In this document: piece after piece, positions 28,916 through 37,468 of the stretch
How positions within the stretch are numbered: the stretch's first letter is position 1
Layout of the letters: every line of letters begins with the position of its first letter
Source: Meiothermus sp.
Lineage (GTDB): Bacteria > Deinococcota > Deinococci > Deinococcales > Thermaceae
Direction: 5' to 3'
Assembly (NCBI GenBank): GCA_033762915.1
Contig: JANRLD010000110.1
Location: 1-45,594, forward strand
Length of the DNA: 45,594 nt
Translations under genes and position numbers: made by a program
Notes under the pieces: generated by a model
What the model saw: only the letters and a program-made list of their open reading frames with translations
What the model was told of the DNA's origin: nothing
The model's database searches: none

Positions 28916-29713
28916 ATGCAATACTTTCACACCATCTCAAAAGACCCTGGCCTACAGCCCTTAGCCGACCAGGCCTGCTCGCTGCTGGCCTTTGCAAAAC
29001 TCAACCTCGAGGCCGGTCAGACCCTCGAAGGCCAGACGCTGGAGCGCGAGGCGCTGTTGGTGGTGCTCTCGGGCAAGGCCAAAGTGACCGTGAATGACAA
29101 GGTGTTTGCCTCGGTCGGCGGCCGGCCCAATGTGTTTGCCGGTCTGCCGCACAGCGTCTACCTACCCAGGGGCTCGAGCTACACCGTCGAGGCCCTGAGT
29201 AGGCTGGAAGCGGCCCTGCCCTCTGCCCCCAGCGACCTCCAGGCCGAGCCCTACGAGATTCGACCCGAGCAGGTAAACACCGGAAAGTGGGGCACCCTTA
29301 ACTATGGCCGCCATTTCCGCGAGATCCTGGTTCAGCCCAATGGGCTGCCGGCCGGCCGCTTGATTGTCGGGGAAACCATAACCCCCAGCGGCAACTGGAG
29401 CACCTACCCCCCGCACAAGCACGAAAAAAACGAAGGTGGCGAGGTCTTCCATGAGGAGATGTACTACTTTCGCGTGAGCAGCCCCGAAGGCTTCGGCGTC
29501 ACCCGCCACTACAGCCCCGAGCGGAACTACGATCAGATCTACACCGTCCGCGACGAGACCTTGCTCTCGATCCCTCACGGCTACCACACCTACGCCAGCG
29601 CACCCGGCTACACCAGCTACTACCTGTGGTTTTTGGCCGGGGATGGCCGAGCCCAAGGGGTCAAACTCGACCCTGACGTGGGCTGGGTGCAAAAGACTGT
29701 AGGGATGATCTAG
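28916..29713 (+). CDS. iolB: IolB-type (KduI/IolB family) uronate isomerase
   Basis: GNWSTYPPHKH...EEMYYF, IPHGYH and YYLWFLAG match the IolB subfamily signature. Confidence 0.85.
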   Translation: MQYFHTISKDPGLQPLADQACSLLAFAKLNLEAGQTLEGQTLEREALLVVLSGKAKVTVNDKVFASVGGRPNVFAGLPHSVYLPRGSSYTVEALSRLEAALPSAPSDLQAEPYEIRPEQVNTGKWGTLNYGRHFREILVQPNGLPAGRLIVGETITPSGNWSTYPPHKHEKNEGGEVFHEEMYYFRVSSPEGFGVTRHYSPERNYDQIYTVRDETLLSIPHGYHTYASAPGYTSYYLWFLAGDGRAQGVKLDPDVGWVQKTVGMI

Positions 29714-29721
29714 GGGCGGCA

Positions 29722-30477
29722 ATGGAGATATTCTCCCTCAGGGGTAAAGCGGCACTGGTTACGGGCGGGGCCACCGGAATAGGCGCATCGATTGCGGCGG
29801 GCTTGGCTCAGGCTGGAGCCGATGTGGCGGTGGTGACTTCAAGCTCCGACCCGCGCGAGGTCGCTGAGTCTGTTGGTGCTGCGGGGCGCAGCTTTCACGC
29901 AGTACAGGCCGACCTAACCGAGCCCGATTCGGCGGAAAGGGCTATTCAAGAGGCCACTGCGGCTTTGGGCCGGTTGGACATTCTGGTCAACAATGCGGGC
30001 ATAATTCGGCGCGAGCGGGCCGAAGATTTTCCACAATCTGACTGGGATGCGGTGCTCGAGCTCAACCTCAACGCCCTGTGGCGCATGTCGCAAGCCGTCG
30101 GCCGAGGCATGCTGCTGCGCGGGAGCGGAAAGATCATCAACATCGCGTCGCTGCTGGCCTTTCAAGGCGGCATCCGGGTGCCCGCCTATACTGCGGCCAA
30201 GCACGGCGTGGCCGGCCTAACCAAGGCCCTGGCCAACGAGTGGGCCGCCAAGGGGGTTTGCGTCAACGCCATCGCCCCCGGCTACATCATCACCAACAAC
30301 ACTGCCGCCCTGCGGGCCGACCCCGAGCGCTCAAGGCAGATTCTGGAGCGCATCCCGGCCGGCCGCTGGGGCCAGGGCTCCGACCTGGTAGGGGCGGCGG
30401 TGTTTTTAGCCTCGCCCGCCTCCGACTATGTGCATGGCCATGTGTTGGTCGTGGACGGCGGCTGGATGGCCCGCTGA
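29722..30477 (+). CDS. kduD: 2-dehydro-3-deoxy-D-gluconate 5-dehydrogenase
   Basis: NNAGIIRR, FQGGIRVPAYTAAK, NNTAALRAD and VDGGWMAR. Confidence 0.93.
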   Translation: MEIFSLRGKAALVTGGATGIGASIAAGLAQAGADVAVVTSSSDPREVAESVGAAGRSFHAVQADLTEPDSAERAIQEATAALGRLDILVNNAGIIRRERAEDFPQSDWDAVLELNLNALWRMSQAVGRGMLLRGSGKIINIASLLAFQGGIRVPAYTAAKHGVAGLTKALANEWAAKGVCVNAIAPGYIITNNTAALRADPERSRQILERIPAGRWGQGSDLVGAAVFLASPASDYVHGHVLVVDGGWMAR

Positions 30478-30489
30478 GAAAGTGCCTGT

Positions 30490-31131
30490 ATGAACGTTGA
30501 CTATGTTGAACTGTCCTTGCGCCACGCCCGAGTGGTGGGCGTGCTGCGGGCCTCGAGCCCCGAGGCCGCCCTTCAGGCCAGCCTGGCCGCAGTGCGCGGC
30601 GGCCTAAAGGCCCTCGAGCTGACCTTCACCACGCCCGGCGCACCGGAGGTCTTGGGGCAGCTAAGCCGGCTCGGGCTTCCGGTGCTGCTGGGGGCGGGCA
30701 CGGTGATGAACGCGACCCAAGGAGAAGCCGCCCTCGAGGCAGGTGCGCAGTTCTTGGTCAGCCCGCATCTGGACGAAGATCTGTTGGCTCTGAGCCGCGC
30801 CTCGGGCGTGCCCTATATCCCTGGTGTGCTCACCCCCGGCGAGGTTCAGCGGGCGTTGAGCCTGGGGGCTCAAATCCTCAAGATTTTCCCGATCGGCTCA
30901 TCTGGCGCTGCGGCCTACCTCAAAGACCTGTTGGGGCCGTTTCCTCGGCTCAGGGCCCTGGTAACTGGCGGCGTAAGCCCTGCCGAAGTGCCCCTGTACC
31001 TCAGAACGGGCGCGCTGGCCGTGGGTTTGGGTTCAAACCTTTTCCCCGGCCCGGCTCTGGATGGAGGGCTGTGGGGCAGCGTGGAACAAGCCACTCGAGC
31101 GGCCTTGGGCGAGGCCAGAGGCGCTGGATGA
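30490..31131 (+). CDS. eda: KDPG/KHG aldolase
   Basis: LELTFTTP, GAGTV, GAQFLVSP, TPGEV, KIFP and TGGV. Confidence 0.92.
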   Translation: MNVDYVELSLRHARVVGVLRASSPEAALQASLAAVRGGLKALELTFTTPGAPEVLGQLSRLGLPVLLGAGTVMNATQGEAALEAGAQFLVSPHLDEDLLALSRASGVPYIPGVLTPGEVQRALSLGAQILKIFPIGSSGAAAYLKDLLGPFPRLRALVTGGVSPAEVPLYLRTGALAVGLGSNLFPGPALDGGLWGSVEQATRAALGEARGAG

Positions 31132-32063
31132 ACAAGACCTTGGACATCATTGGCATCGGCGAGTGCATGGTGGAGTTCTTCGCCGAAGAACCATTGGGCC
31201 AGGCACGAAGTCTACAGCGTTCGTTTGGCGGGGACGTCCTCAATGCACTTGTAACTGCGGCCCGGCTGGGCTCGAGGGTGGGATTCGTGACCCAGGTGGG
31301 CCGGGACCCTTTCGGGCCGGGGCTGCTGGAGGCCTGGCTGGCGGAGGGCATCGATACGCGCTGTGCCCCGCTGGTGCCGGGTGAAAACGGGGTGTACTTT
31401 ATCAGCTTGCGCGACGGCGGCGAGCGTGAGTTTACCTACCGCCGTAAAGACAGTGCGGCCTCGCGGCTCTCGGCAGAAAACCTCGACCTCTGGTATCTGC
31501 AACAAAGCCGCATGCTGCTGTTGTCGGGCATCAGCCAGGCTGTTTCCGAAAGCGCACAGGACGCAGCCCTGCGCGCGGCCCGCTTGGTTGGTTCAGGTGG
31601 GGCTTTGGTGGCCTTCGACCCCAACCACCGACCAAACTTGTGGGCCCTAAGGGGACCGAGCGAGGCCGCCCGGCAGGCCCTTGAACAGATTGAGCCCCAC
31701 CTGGACATCCTGCTGCCAAGCTTCCCCGACGACATGGCGGTTTTTGGAGTAGAGGGTCTGGACGTAAAATCGGCCGCGGTGGCGCTGGCTGAGCGGGTAC
31801 CCAGGGTGGCGCTTAAGGCCGGAGCGGCGGGTGCCTGGTTGGCCTGGGACGGCGAGCTCGAGCACATCGCCCCAGCCGTGACTGCGCGGGTACGCGACAC
31901 TACCGGAGCCGGAGACGCCTGGAACGGCGCCTTTTTGCACGGACTCTTGCACAGCCAGGAGCCCTTTGAGGCCGCCCGGAGGGCCAACCAGATTGCCGCG
32001 GACAAGCTGGCGTTTAGGGGGGCCATAGCGCCCAAGCCGTGGCCCCTCAGGGCAACTTTTTAG
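31128..32063 (+). CDS. kdgK: 2-dehydro-3-deoxygluconokinase (PfkB family)
   Basis: IGECMVE, FGGDVLN, FDPNHRPNLW and DTTGAGD; ATGA overlap with eda. Confidence 0.9.
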   Translation: MNKTLDIIGIGECMVEFFAEEPLGQARSLQRSFGGDVLNALVTAARLGSRVGFVTQVGRDPFGPGLLEAWLAEGIDTRCAPLVPGENGVYFISLRDGGEREFTYRRKDSAASRLSAENLDLWYLQQSRMLLLSGISQAVSESAQDAALRAARLVGSGGALVAFDPNHRPNLWALRGPSEAARQALEQIEPHLDILLPSFPDDMAVFGVEGLDVKSAAVALAERVPRVALKAGAAGAWLAWDGELEHIAPAVTARVRDTTGAGDAWNGAFLHGLLHSQEPFEAARRANQIAADKLAFRGAIAPKPWPLRATF

Positions 32064-32076
32064 GAGCAGAAACAAG

Positions 32077-32415
32077 ATGCGGCTAAACGGTGAATGGGAA
32101 TCGGCAGGGCCGGGCGTCGAACGCCGCTTGGTGGCCCTGGGTCAGAACATGATGGCCGTAAGGGTACGCTTCGTCGAAGGGGCCGTCGGAGACCTGCACA
32201 GCCACCCCCACGAGCAGCTCACCCAGGTGCTGAGCGGGCGTTTTCGCTTTCAGCTGGGCGGCAGATTCGTGGAGGTCGCTCAGGGCGATACCCTCTGCAT
32301 CCACACCGGCCTCGAGCACGGCACGGTAGCGCTGGAAGCCGGCGAACTGCTGGACATCTTCTCGCCACTCCGCGAAGACCTGCTCCAACCCGGCACAGAC
32401 CTCTTAGGCGGGTGA
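32077..32415 (+). CDS. kdgF: Cupin, pectin degradation protein KdgF
   Basis: GVERRLV, HSHPHEQ and LDIFSPLRED, plus gene context. Confidence 0.82.
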   Translation: MRLNGEWESAGPGVERRLVALGQNMMAVRVRFVEGAVGDLHSHPHEQLTQVLSGRFRFQLGGRFVEVAQGDTLCIHTGLEHGTVALEAGELLDIFSPLREDLLQPGTDLLGG

Positions 32416-32419
32416 CGCC

Positions 32420-33565
32420 ATGCAGCCCTTTAAGCGCTTCCAGGACCCCCAAACCCAACGCTGGATCACCCGGCTCACCGACCAGGGCAACAATGTCCAC
32501 CTCTACTTCACCGAAAACTCCTTCGACGCTCACGAGCCGGTGATCATCTTTCGCTCCGACCGGGGCTCCAAGGAGGCTCGAGGCCCCCATCAAAACCCCC
32601 ACTACAACATTTACAAGCTCAACTACCAGACCGGTCAGCTAACCCAGCTCACCGACGAAGACCACCCCGTCGGCAGTGTGACCAAGACCCCCGATGGCGC
32701 GTTGATTGCCTACCTGACGGCCGGCAAAGTTAAGCTGCTGGACACCCGCAGCGGCAAAACCACCCTCCTCTACCAAGACGACGGCCACTACAACCTCTAC
32801 TCACCTTCCATCAGCCCCAACCGCCGCTATGTGGGCTTCGCCCGCAACGAACGGGTGCAAGCCACCAACTCCAACATCAACTACGGCGGGTTTAAGGAGA
32901 GCTTTTACCAGATCAAGGATGGCCGCATCACCGTGGCCGAGATCGATGGCTCGAGGTGGTTTGACGCGCACTGCAGCAGCCACTGGCTGGGGCACTTCCA
33001 GTTTGCCCCCCACGACCCAACCCTGGCCATGTTTTGCCACGAGGGCCCCTGGAACCTGGTGACCCAGCGCATCTGGCTGCTGGATCTGGTTTCGCGGCAG
33101 ATCAAGCCCATTTTTCGCCAGGATCAGCCCGACTCGGTGGGGCACGAGTTCTGGACGGCAGACGGGCAGATTTTTTTCGACAACCGCGGTCCCGACCACG
33201 ACGGCACCATTACCTCAGACAAGACCCAAGCCGTGCTGCAAGCCCCCACCGGATCAGACTTTAAGCCCTACGTGGGCTTCGTCGGCCCCGACGGTCGATT
33301 GACGCGGACGGTTGAGATGCCCTTCTACTGCAACCACTACCACGCCAACCCCGACAACACCCTGCTGGTGGGCGACGACGCCGACAACTTGGTGCTGATC
33401 GACCTACAAGACCAGTCGCCGGGCCTCGAGGTGCTCTGCGCCCACGGAACCTCTTGGCACACCCAAGCCAGCCACTGCCACCCCACCTTTAGCTGGGATG
33501 GAAGGTGGATTCTGTACGCGTCGGACCAGGGCGGTCAGGTCAACTTGTTTCTGATGGAGCTGTGA
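32420..33565 (+). CDS. ogl: Oligogalacturonate lyase family (PL22-like beta-propeller)
   Basis: HLYFTENSF, WLGHFQF, FCHEGPW, QRIW, GHEFW and HCHPTFS. Confidence 0.85.
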   Translation: MQPFKRFQDPQTQRWITRLTDQGNNVHLYFTENSFDAHEPVIIFRSDRGSKEARGPHQNPHYNIYKLNYQTGQLTQLTDEDHPVGSVTKTPDGALIAYLTAGKVKLLDTRSGKTTLLYQDDGHYNLYSPSISPNRRYVGFARNERVQATNSNINYGGFKESFYQIKDGRITVAEIDGSRWFDAHCSSHWLGHFQFAPHDPTLAMFCHEGPWNLVTQRIWLLDLVSRQIKPIFRQDQPDSVGHEFWTADGQIFFDNRGPDHDGTITSDKTQAVLQAPTGSDFKPYVGFVGPDGRLTRTVEMPFYCNHYHANPDNTLLVGDDADNLVLIDLQDQSPGLEVLCAHGTSWHTQASHCHPTFSWDGRWILYASDQGGQVNLFLMEL

Positions 33566-33661
33566 GTTGCTCCAGGGTAGAAGTGCGGAATTGGCAGATA
33601 CGGAAAATGCGTGCCAGGGCGGAGCGGCTACCCGAGGCGCAGTTCCCTGCGGGAGCTGGCG
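33565..33661 (+). repeat. Family-2 intergenic repeat abutting the ogl stop codon
   Basis: AGTTGCTCCAGGGTAGAAGTGCGGAAT...GCGGAGCGGCTACCCGAGGCGCAGTTCCCTGCGGGAGCTGGCG. Confidence 0.8.
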
Positions 33662-33761
33662 TCATTTCTTAAACACATCGCCAGACTCGGCCCGCGAGGC
33701 ACTGCGGTGTCCACAGGCCACTCGCTGTGGGAGCCAAGTTGCGCCCGCGTGAATGTACCTA

Positions 33762-33862
33762 GAGCGGTTCCCACGCATACTCCCTACGGCGCTAAAGCGG
33801 GCGGTTTTTGCTGTAGGGAGTACATTGCCTGCCGCCGCGAGGGAGGTAATACTGGGAAACGC
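33762..33862 (+). repeat. Family-1 T-shaped palindromic repeat
   Basis: Near-identical to 14544-14644. Confidence 0.85.
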
Positions 33863-34024
33863 GAAAGGGGTTTGAGCGAATCCGTTGGCGCCCGGCTTCT
33901 CGGGGTACAGCGGCCCCGTTCTTCCGCCAACCGTCGTGAACCAAGCGTCAAACCCGATACGCCCTCCCGTTGCCCAACATACATCTCGACCTTCGGGCGC
34001 CATGAACCCGCCGTACAATGCGGC

Positions 34025-34540
34025 ATGTCCCAACCCGAAGTCTGGCTGCGCGGTCCCCGGCATGGCATCCCCGCCCTGCTGCAACCCGTAGCCCATGCCC
34101 TCTTGCAAGCCAACGAAGAGCTCGAGGTCGCCCTCGAAGGCTTCCCCGATGAACTGCTGTGGGAACAGCCTGCTGGGGTGGCCTCGGTGGGGTTTCACCT
34201 GCGGCACCTGAGCGGGGTGCTGGATCGGCTGCTGACCTATGCAAGGGGTGAGGCCCTGAGCGCGGTCCAGCTCGAGTACCTGCGCGCCGAGGCCGTGCCC
34301 GGTTCCGGCACCACCCGCCAGTTGCTGGATGCCTTCGCGGCCCAGCTCCATCACGCCCTGGCCCAACTCGGCTCAACCCCCGAAGCCCGCTTGCTAGAGC
34401 CTCGAGGGGTGGGCCGGGCGCAGTTGCCCTCCACGGTGCTGGGCCTGCTGTTCCACGCGGCCGAACATACCCAGCGGCATCTGGGCCAGCTGCTGGTGAC
34501 CGCTCGAGTGGTGCAAGCCCACCCAGGGCGGCTGCCTTGA
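34025..34540 (+). CDS. DinB family protein
   Basis: MSQPEVWLRGP, SVGFHLRH and HAAEHTQRH.GQ; TACAAT 5 nt upstream. Confidence 0.88.
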   Translation: MSQPEVWLRGPRHGIPALLQPVAHALLQANEELEVALEGFPDELLWEQPAGVASVGFHLRHLSGVLDRLLTYARGEALSAVQLEYLRAEAVPGSGTTRQLLDAFAAQLHHALAQLGSTPEARLLEPRGVGRAQLPSTVLGLLFHAAEHTQRHLGQLLVTARVVQAHPGRLP

Positions 34541-34721
34541 CGGCCGGAGCCGCGCACCGGGCGTCGTTGGGCTGGGCTTGCCAAGACCAACCCGCAACGC
34601 CCCCGGCGCCCACGGGCCGAACGGCGCGGGAGCTCGAGGACTTCGCACGCCCACGGCCACAGCGGCCCGGCATTGACTGCGTTCCGCGACCTTCGCACGA
34701 GTCTTGGGAGATCGCGGCGCG

Positions 34722-35351
34722 ATGAAGTACAAGCTGGTTATCTTTGATTTTGACGGCACCCTGGCCGACTCCTTCCCCTGGCTTTTGGGGTCGTTTGACC
34801 AGGTGGCCCGCAAGTTTCAGATCACACCCTTAGGCACCGAGCAAATCGACACCCTGCGCGGCTACAGCCCCAGAGAGCTGATGGCGCGCATGCGCATACC
34901 CGTCTGGAAACTGCCCCTGGTGGCGCAACACGTGCGCACCTTGATGGCCCAAAGCCGGGACGAGATCAAGCTCTTCGGCGGGGTGGAGCACGTACTCGAG
35001 GGTCTTGCGGAGCGGAGAATTGACACCGCCCTGCTCACCTCTAACTCGCTGGAAAACGTCCGCCATATCCTGACCGAGCCAAACTTCTCGCGCTTTAGGT
35101 ACGGCGAGTTCGGGTTGTCGCCCTTGGGCAAACACGCTGGGTTTCGCTCGCTCCTCAAAAAGAGCGGTGTGAAACCCAGCGAGGCCCTCTACGTTGGCGA
35201 CACCCTAACGGACGCCGAGGCCGCTCGAGCGGCCGGCATCGTGTTTGTGGGCGTGGCCTGGGGCTACGCCACGGCGGCGGCGCTGCAACCGGTTTCGCTG
35301 CGGGTCTTGTCAAAGGGTTTTGACGAGTTGCTCGAGCTGGTGGGCCAGTAG
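34722..35351 (+). CDS. HAD hydrolase (phosphoglycolate phosphatase-like)
   Basis: FDFDGTLADS, LTSN, YVGD..TD and VAWGY. Confidence 0.9.
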   Translation: MKYKLVIFDFDGTLADSFPWLLGSFDQVARKFQITPLGTEQIDTLRGYSPRELMARMRIPVWKLPLVAQHVRTLMAQSRDEIKLFGGVEHVLEGLAERRIDTALLTSNSLENVRHILTEPNFSRFRYGEFGLSPLGKHAGFRSLLKKSGVKPSEALYVGDTLTDAEAARAAGIVFVGVAWGYATAAALQPVSLRVLSKGFDELLELVGQ

Positions 35352-35490
35352 CTCGTCAAGGAATTGGGGCCGGTCGGCCGAAAGCGGTTTCTCGAGCGAA
35401 TGCTGTCCGGTACGCTGGCGACTTGCTCCAAGGCGGCAGGTCCGAAACCTTGCTCGTAAAGCAGTGGCTCCACTGTTGAAACACGAAGTA

Positions 35491-35595
35491 CCGCCCCAAT
35501 ACACCCGAAGGGAATTGCGCCCCGGGTAGCCGCTCCGCGGCTATGGCGTACGCCACTCCGCCCAGCAACATAGCTGCCGCGTCCGCGGCGCAACT
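35491..35595 (-). repeat. Family-2 intergenic repeat
   Basis: GAATTGCGCCCCGGGTAGCCGCTCCGCGGCTATGGC shared with 23694-23729; GGCGCAACT end. Confidence 0.8.
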
Positions 35596-35677
35596 AGCCA
35601 CCCGTCGGCACCCTGCCGGCTATCGGCTGACGGCCCCGCAGGCCGGGCGGGGATTGCGCGTGCCACCCGGCCGTCAC

Positions 35678-36862
35678 TCAGCCGGCCGACGTGCTTGTTG
35701 CCGAACTCGGCCCAAGCCTCCGTAGCACCCCGACAACCTCGATCAACAGCCGCACACTGTCTTCCATGTGGCCGGTCGAGCCGAGGGAGATGACGACAAC
35801 GGTCTTGCTCTTGGGGTCAAAGAACAGTTGTGTGCCCAGAATGCCCATGTGCCCAATCATGTCGGGATAGGCGGAAAGCAGCGGGAAGAAGTCGGCAAAC
35901 CTTAGGCGCATCATGCCGCGCCCGTAGCGGATGACCCGCTCGAAGCGGTTTAGGGGCTGGGAAAGGTACTCGAGGGTTTCCGGACTGACCAGCCTTCCTT
36001 CCATCAGGGCACTGCCAAACTTCAGCAGGTCGGCGGTGGTGCTGGCCACCCCGCCCCCGGCCCAGTCGGCGGAGAGGGCGGGCGAGTGGCTGAACTCGGT
36101 ACCGTTCACCCAGACCGGGCTGAGCGGGGCCGTGGCTCTGGCGGGCCGGGTGCGAAAGGGGAAGTAGCTGTGATCCATGCCCAGCGGCCCAAAGATCCGC
36201 TGGTGCACCACCTCCACGAACGGCTTACCGTACACCGCCTCGACCACCAGACCCAGCACGACGAAGCCCGAGTCCGAGTAGAGGAAGCCCTTACCTGGGG
36301 CAAAGTGCGCCGTCTGGCCTGTTCGGGTCACCTCGAGCAATTCCTGCGGTGTCCAAACTTTCTGCGGCTCGAGGGCTATCTGCTCCACCACCGGCTTGCC
36401 GCCCCGCACCGGGCCAGCAAAGTAGTCACCGATGCCCGAGGTGTGGGCCAGCAAATGCTCGAGCGTCACCTGATCCCGATAGTCCACCCTGCCTGCCACG
36501 AAGAGGTTCTCCAGCGTCTCCGGCGGCAACAGCTCCACCAGCCTCGAGTCCCACCTTAGCTTGCCCTGCTCGACCAGTTGGGTAATCAGCATGGTGGTGA
36601 ACAGCTTGCCCATGCTGGCCACGTGAAAAGGCTGTTCCGCCGCCGCCCCGAAGTCGCCCGAAAAGCTGGGACTCAAGACCAGCATCCGAGTTTGAGCCAA
36701 TCGGGGTGATTTCCGCTGTAAGGCCTGCACGCGCTTGGTCAGGGCATCCCGAGCCTGCCCCGCCGTCAAGGGGCTGCTCAGCAACGACCAAGCCAGGCCC
36801 CCAGCTACCAGCACGATCCCGGCCGCCAACCCACCCCATATCCACATAACCTCGTGCGTCAT
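35678..36862 (-). CDS. Membrane-anchored serine hydrolase (beta-lactamase/DD-peptidase family)
   Basis: N-terminal TM; SMGK, LLAHTSG, YSD, AGGG..ST and GHMG. Confidence 0.9.
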   Translation of the reverse strand: MTHEVMWIWGGLAAGIVLVAGGLAWSLLSSPLTAGQARDALTKRVQALQRKSPRLAQTRMLVLSPSFSGDFGAAAEQPFHVASMGKLFTTMLITQLVEQGKLRWDSRLVELLPPETLENLFVAGRVDYRDQVTLEHLLAHTSGIGDYFAGPVRGGKPVVEQIALEPQKVWTPQELLEVTRTGQTAHFAPGKGFLYSDSGFVVLGLVVEAVYGKPFVEVVHQRIFGPLGMDHSYFPFRTRPARATAPLSPVWVNGTEFSHSPALSADWAGGGVASTTADLLKFGSALMEGRLVSPETLEYLSQPLNRFERVIRYGRGMMRLRFADFFPLLSAYPDMIGHMGILGTQLFFDPKSKTVVVISLGSTGHMEDSVRLLIEVVGVLRRLGPSSATSTSAG

Positions 36863-36879
36863 ATTGCTAATAGTAATAT
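36861..36879. promoter_or_regulatory. Putative PadR operator between divergent genes
   Basis: ATATTGCTA-A-TAGTAATAT, a 9-1-9 inverted repeat with one mismatch. Confidence 0.5.
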
Positions 36880-36917
36880 AGGAGTCCGAAAAAAGCTATA
36901 CTGGGACTGGGTGTCCT

Positions 36918-37460
36918 GTGGACTTTTGCATTCTCGGCCTGCTGATGCTGTTCCCGCATAGCCTCTACGACCTCAAGCTGGCGTTCTCGCGCACCCTCAG
37001 TTTGTTTTACAGCTCGAGCCTGGGCAGTCTTCAGGTCACGGTGAAAAAGCTCCTGGAGCAAGGCCTGATCGAGGTCCACGAGCGCAGCACCGAGGGCCGG
37101 GCCCGCATCACCTATTGCATCACCGAGGCGGGTCGGGCCTTCTTTTTAGAACAGTTCACCGCGCCGATTCCCAACGGGCGGCTCGAGGAAACCGTGCTGG
37201 CCCGCTACCATTTTCTGGGTTTGGTTGAGCGGGAAAAACGGGTCGAGACCCTGCGTTTTTTGGTCGCCGCCATCGAGGCCTCGCTGGCTGAGATGCAAAC
37301 CCTCAAGGCCAGCCTAGACGAGATGCCTATTCCCCCCGAGTGGCAGGAGGTCGCGCACTACCAGATTTCTACTGCCGACTACGGCATCGCCGCCCACCAG
37401 ACCGGGTTGGCTTGGTTTAAGGCACAGCTCGAGCGCGAGTTGGGTCAGCCCAAGCCGTAA
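36918..37460 (+). CDS. PadR family transcriptional regulator
   Basis: ILGLL...YDLK, S.GSL...KLLEQGLI and Y.ITEAGR. Confidence 0.88.
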   Translation: MDFCILGLLMLFPHSLYDLKLAFSRTLSLFYSSSLGSLQVTVKKLLEQGLIEVHERSTEGRARITYCITEAGRAFFLEQFTAPIPNGRLEETVLARYHFLGLVEREKRVETLRFLVAAIEASLAEMQTLKASLDEMPIPPEWQEVAHYQISTADYGIAAHQTGLAWFKAQLERELGQPKP

Positions 37461-37468
37461 AATAACTC

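Noticed and set aside
28916..29713. Inositol catabolism locus
   Set aside because: No iolC, iolD, iolE or iolG nearby; all neighbours are uronate pathway genes.
33611..34024. N-terminal extension of the DinB ORF
   Set aside because: It runs through two repeat elements; homology and a -10 box point to ATG 34025.
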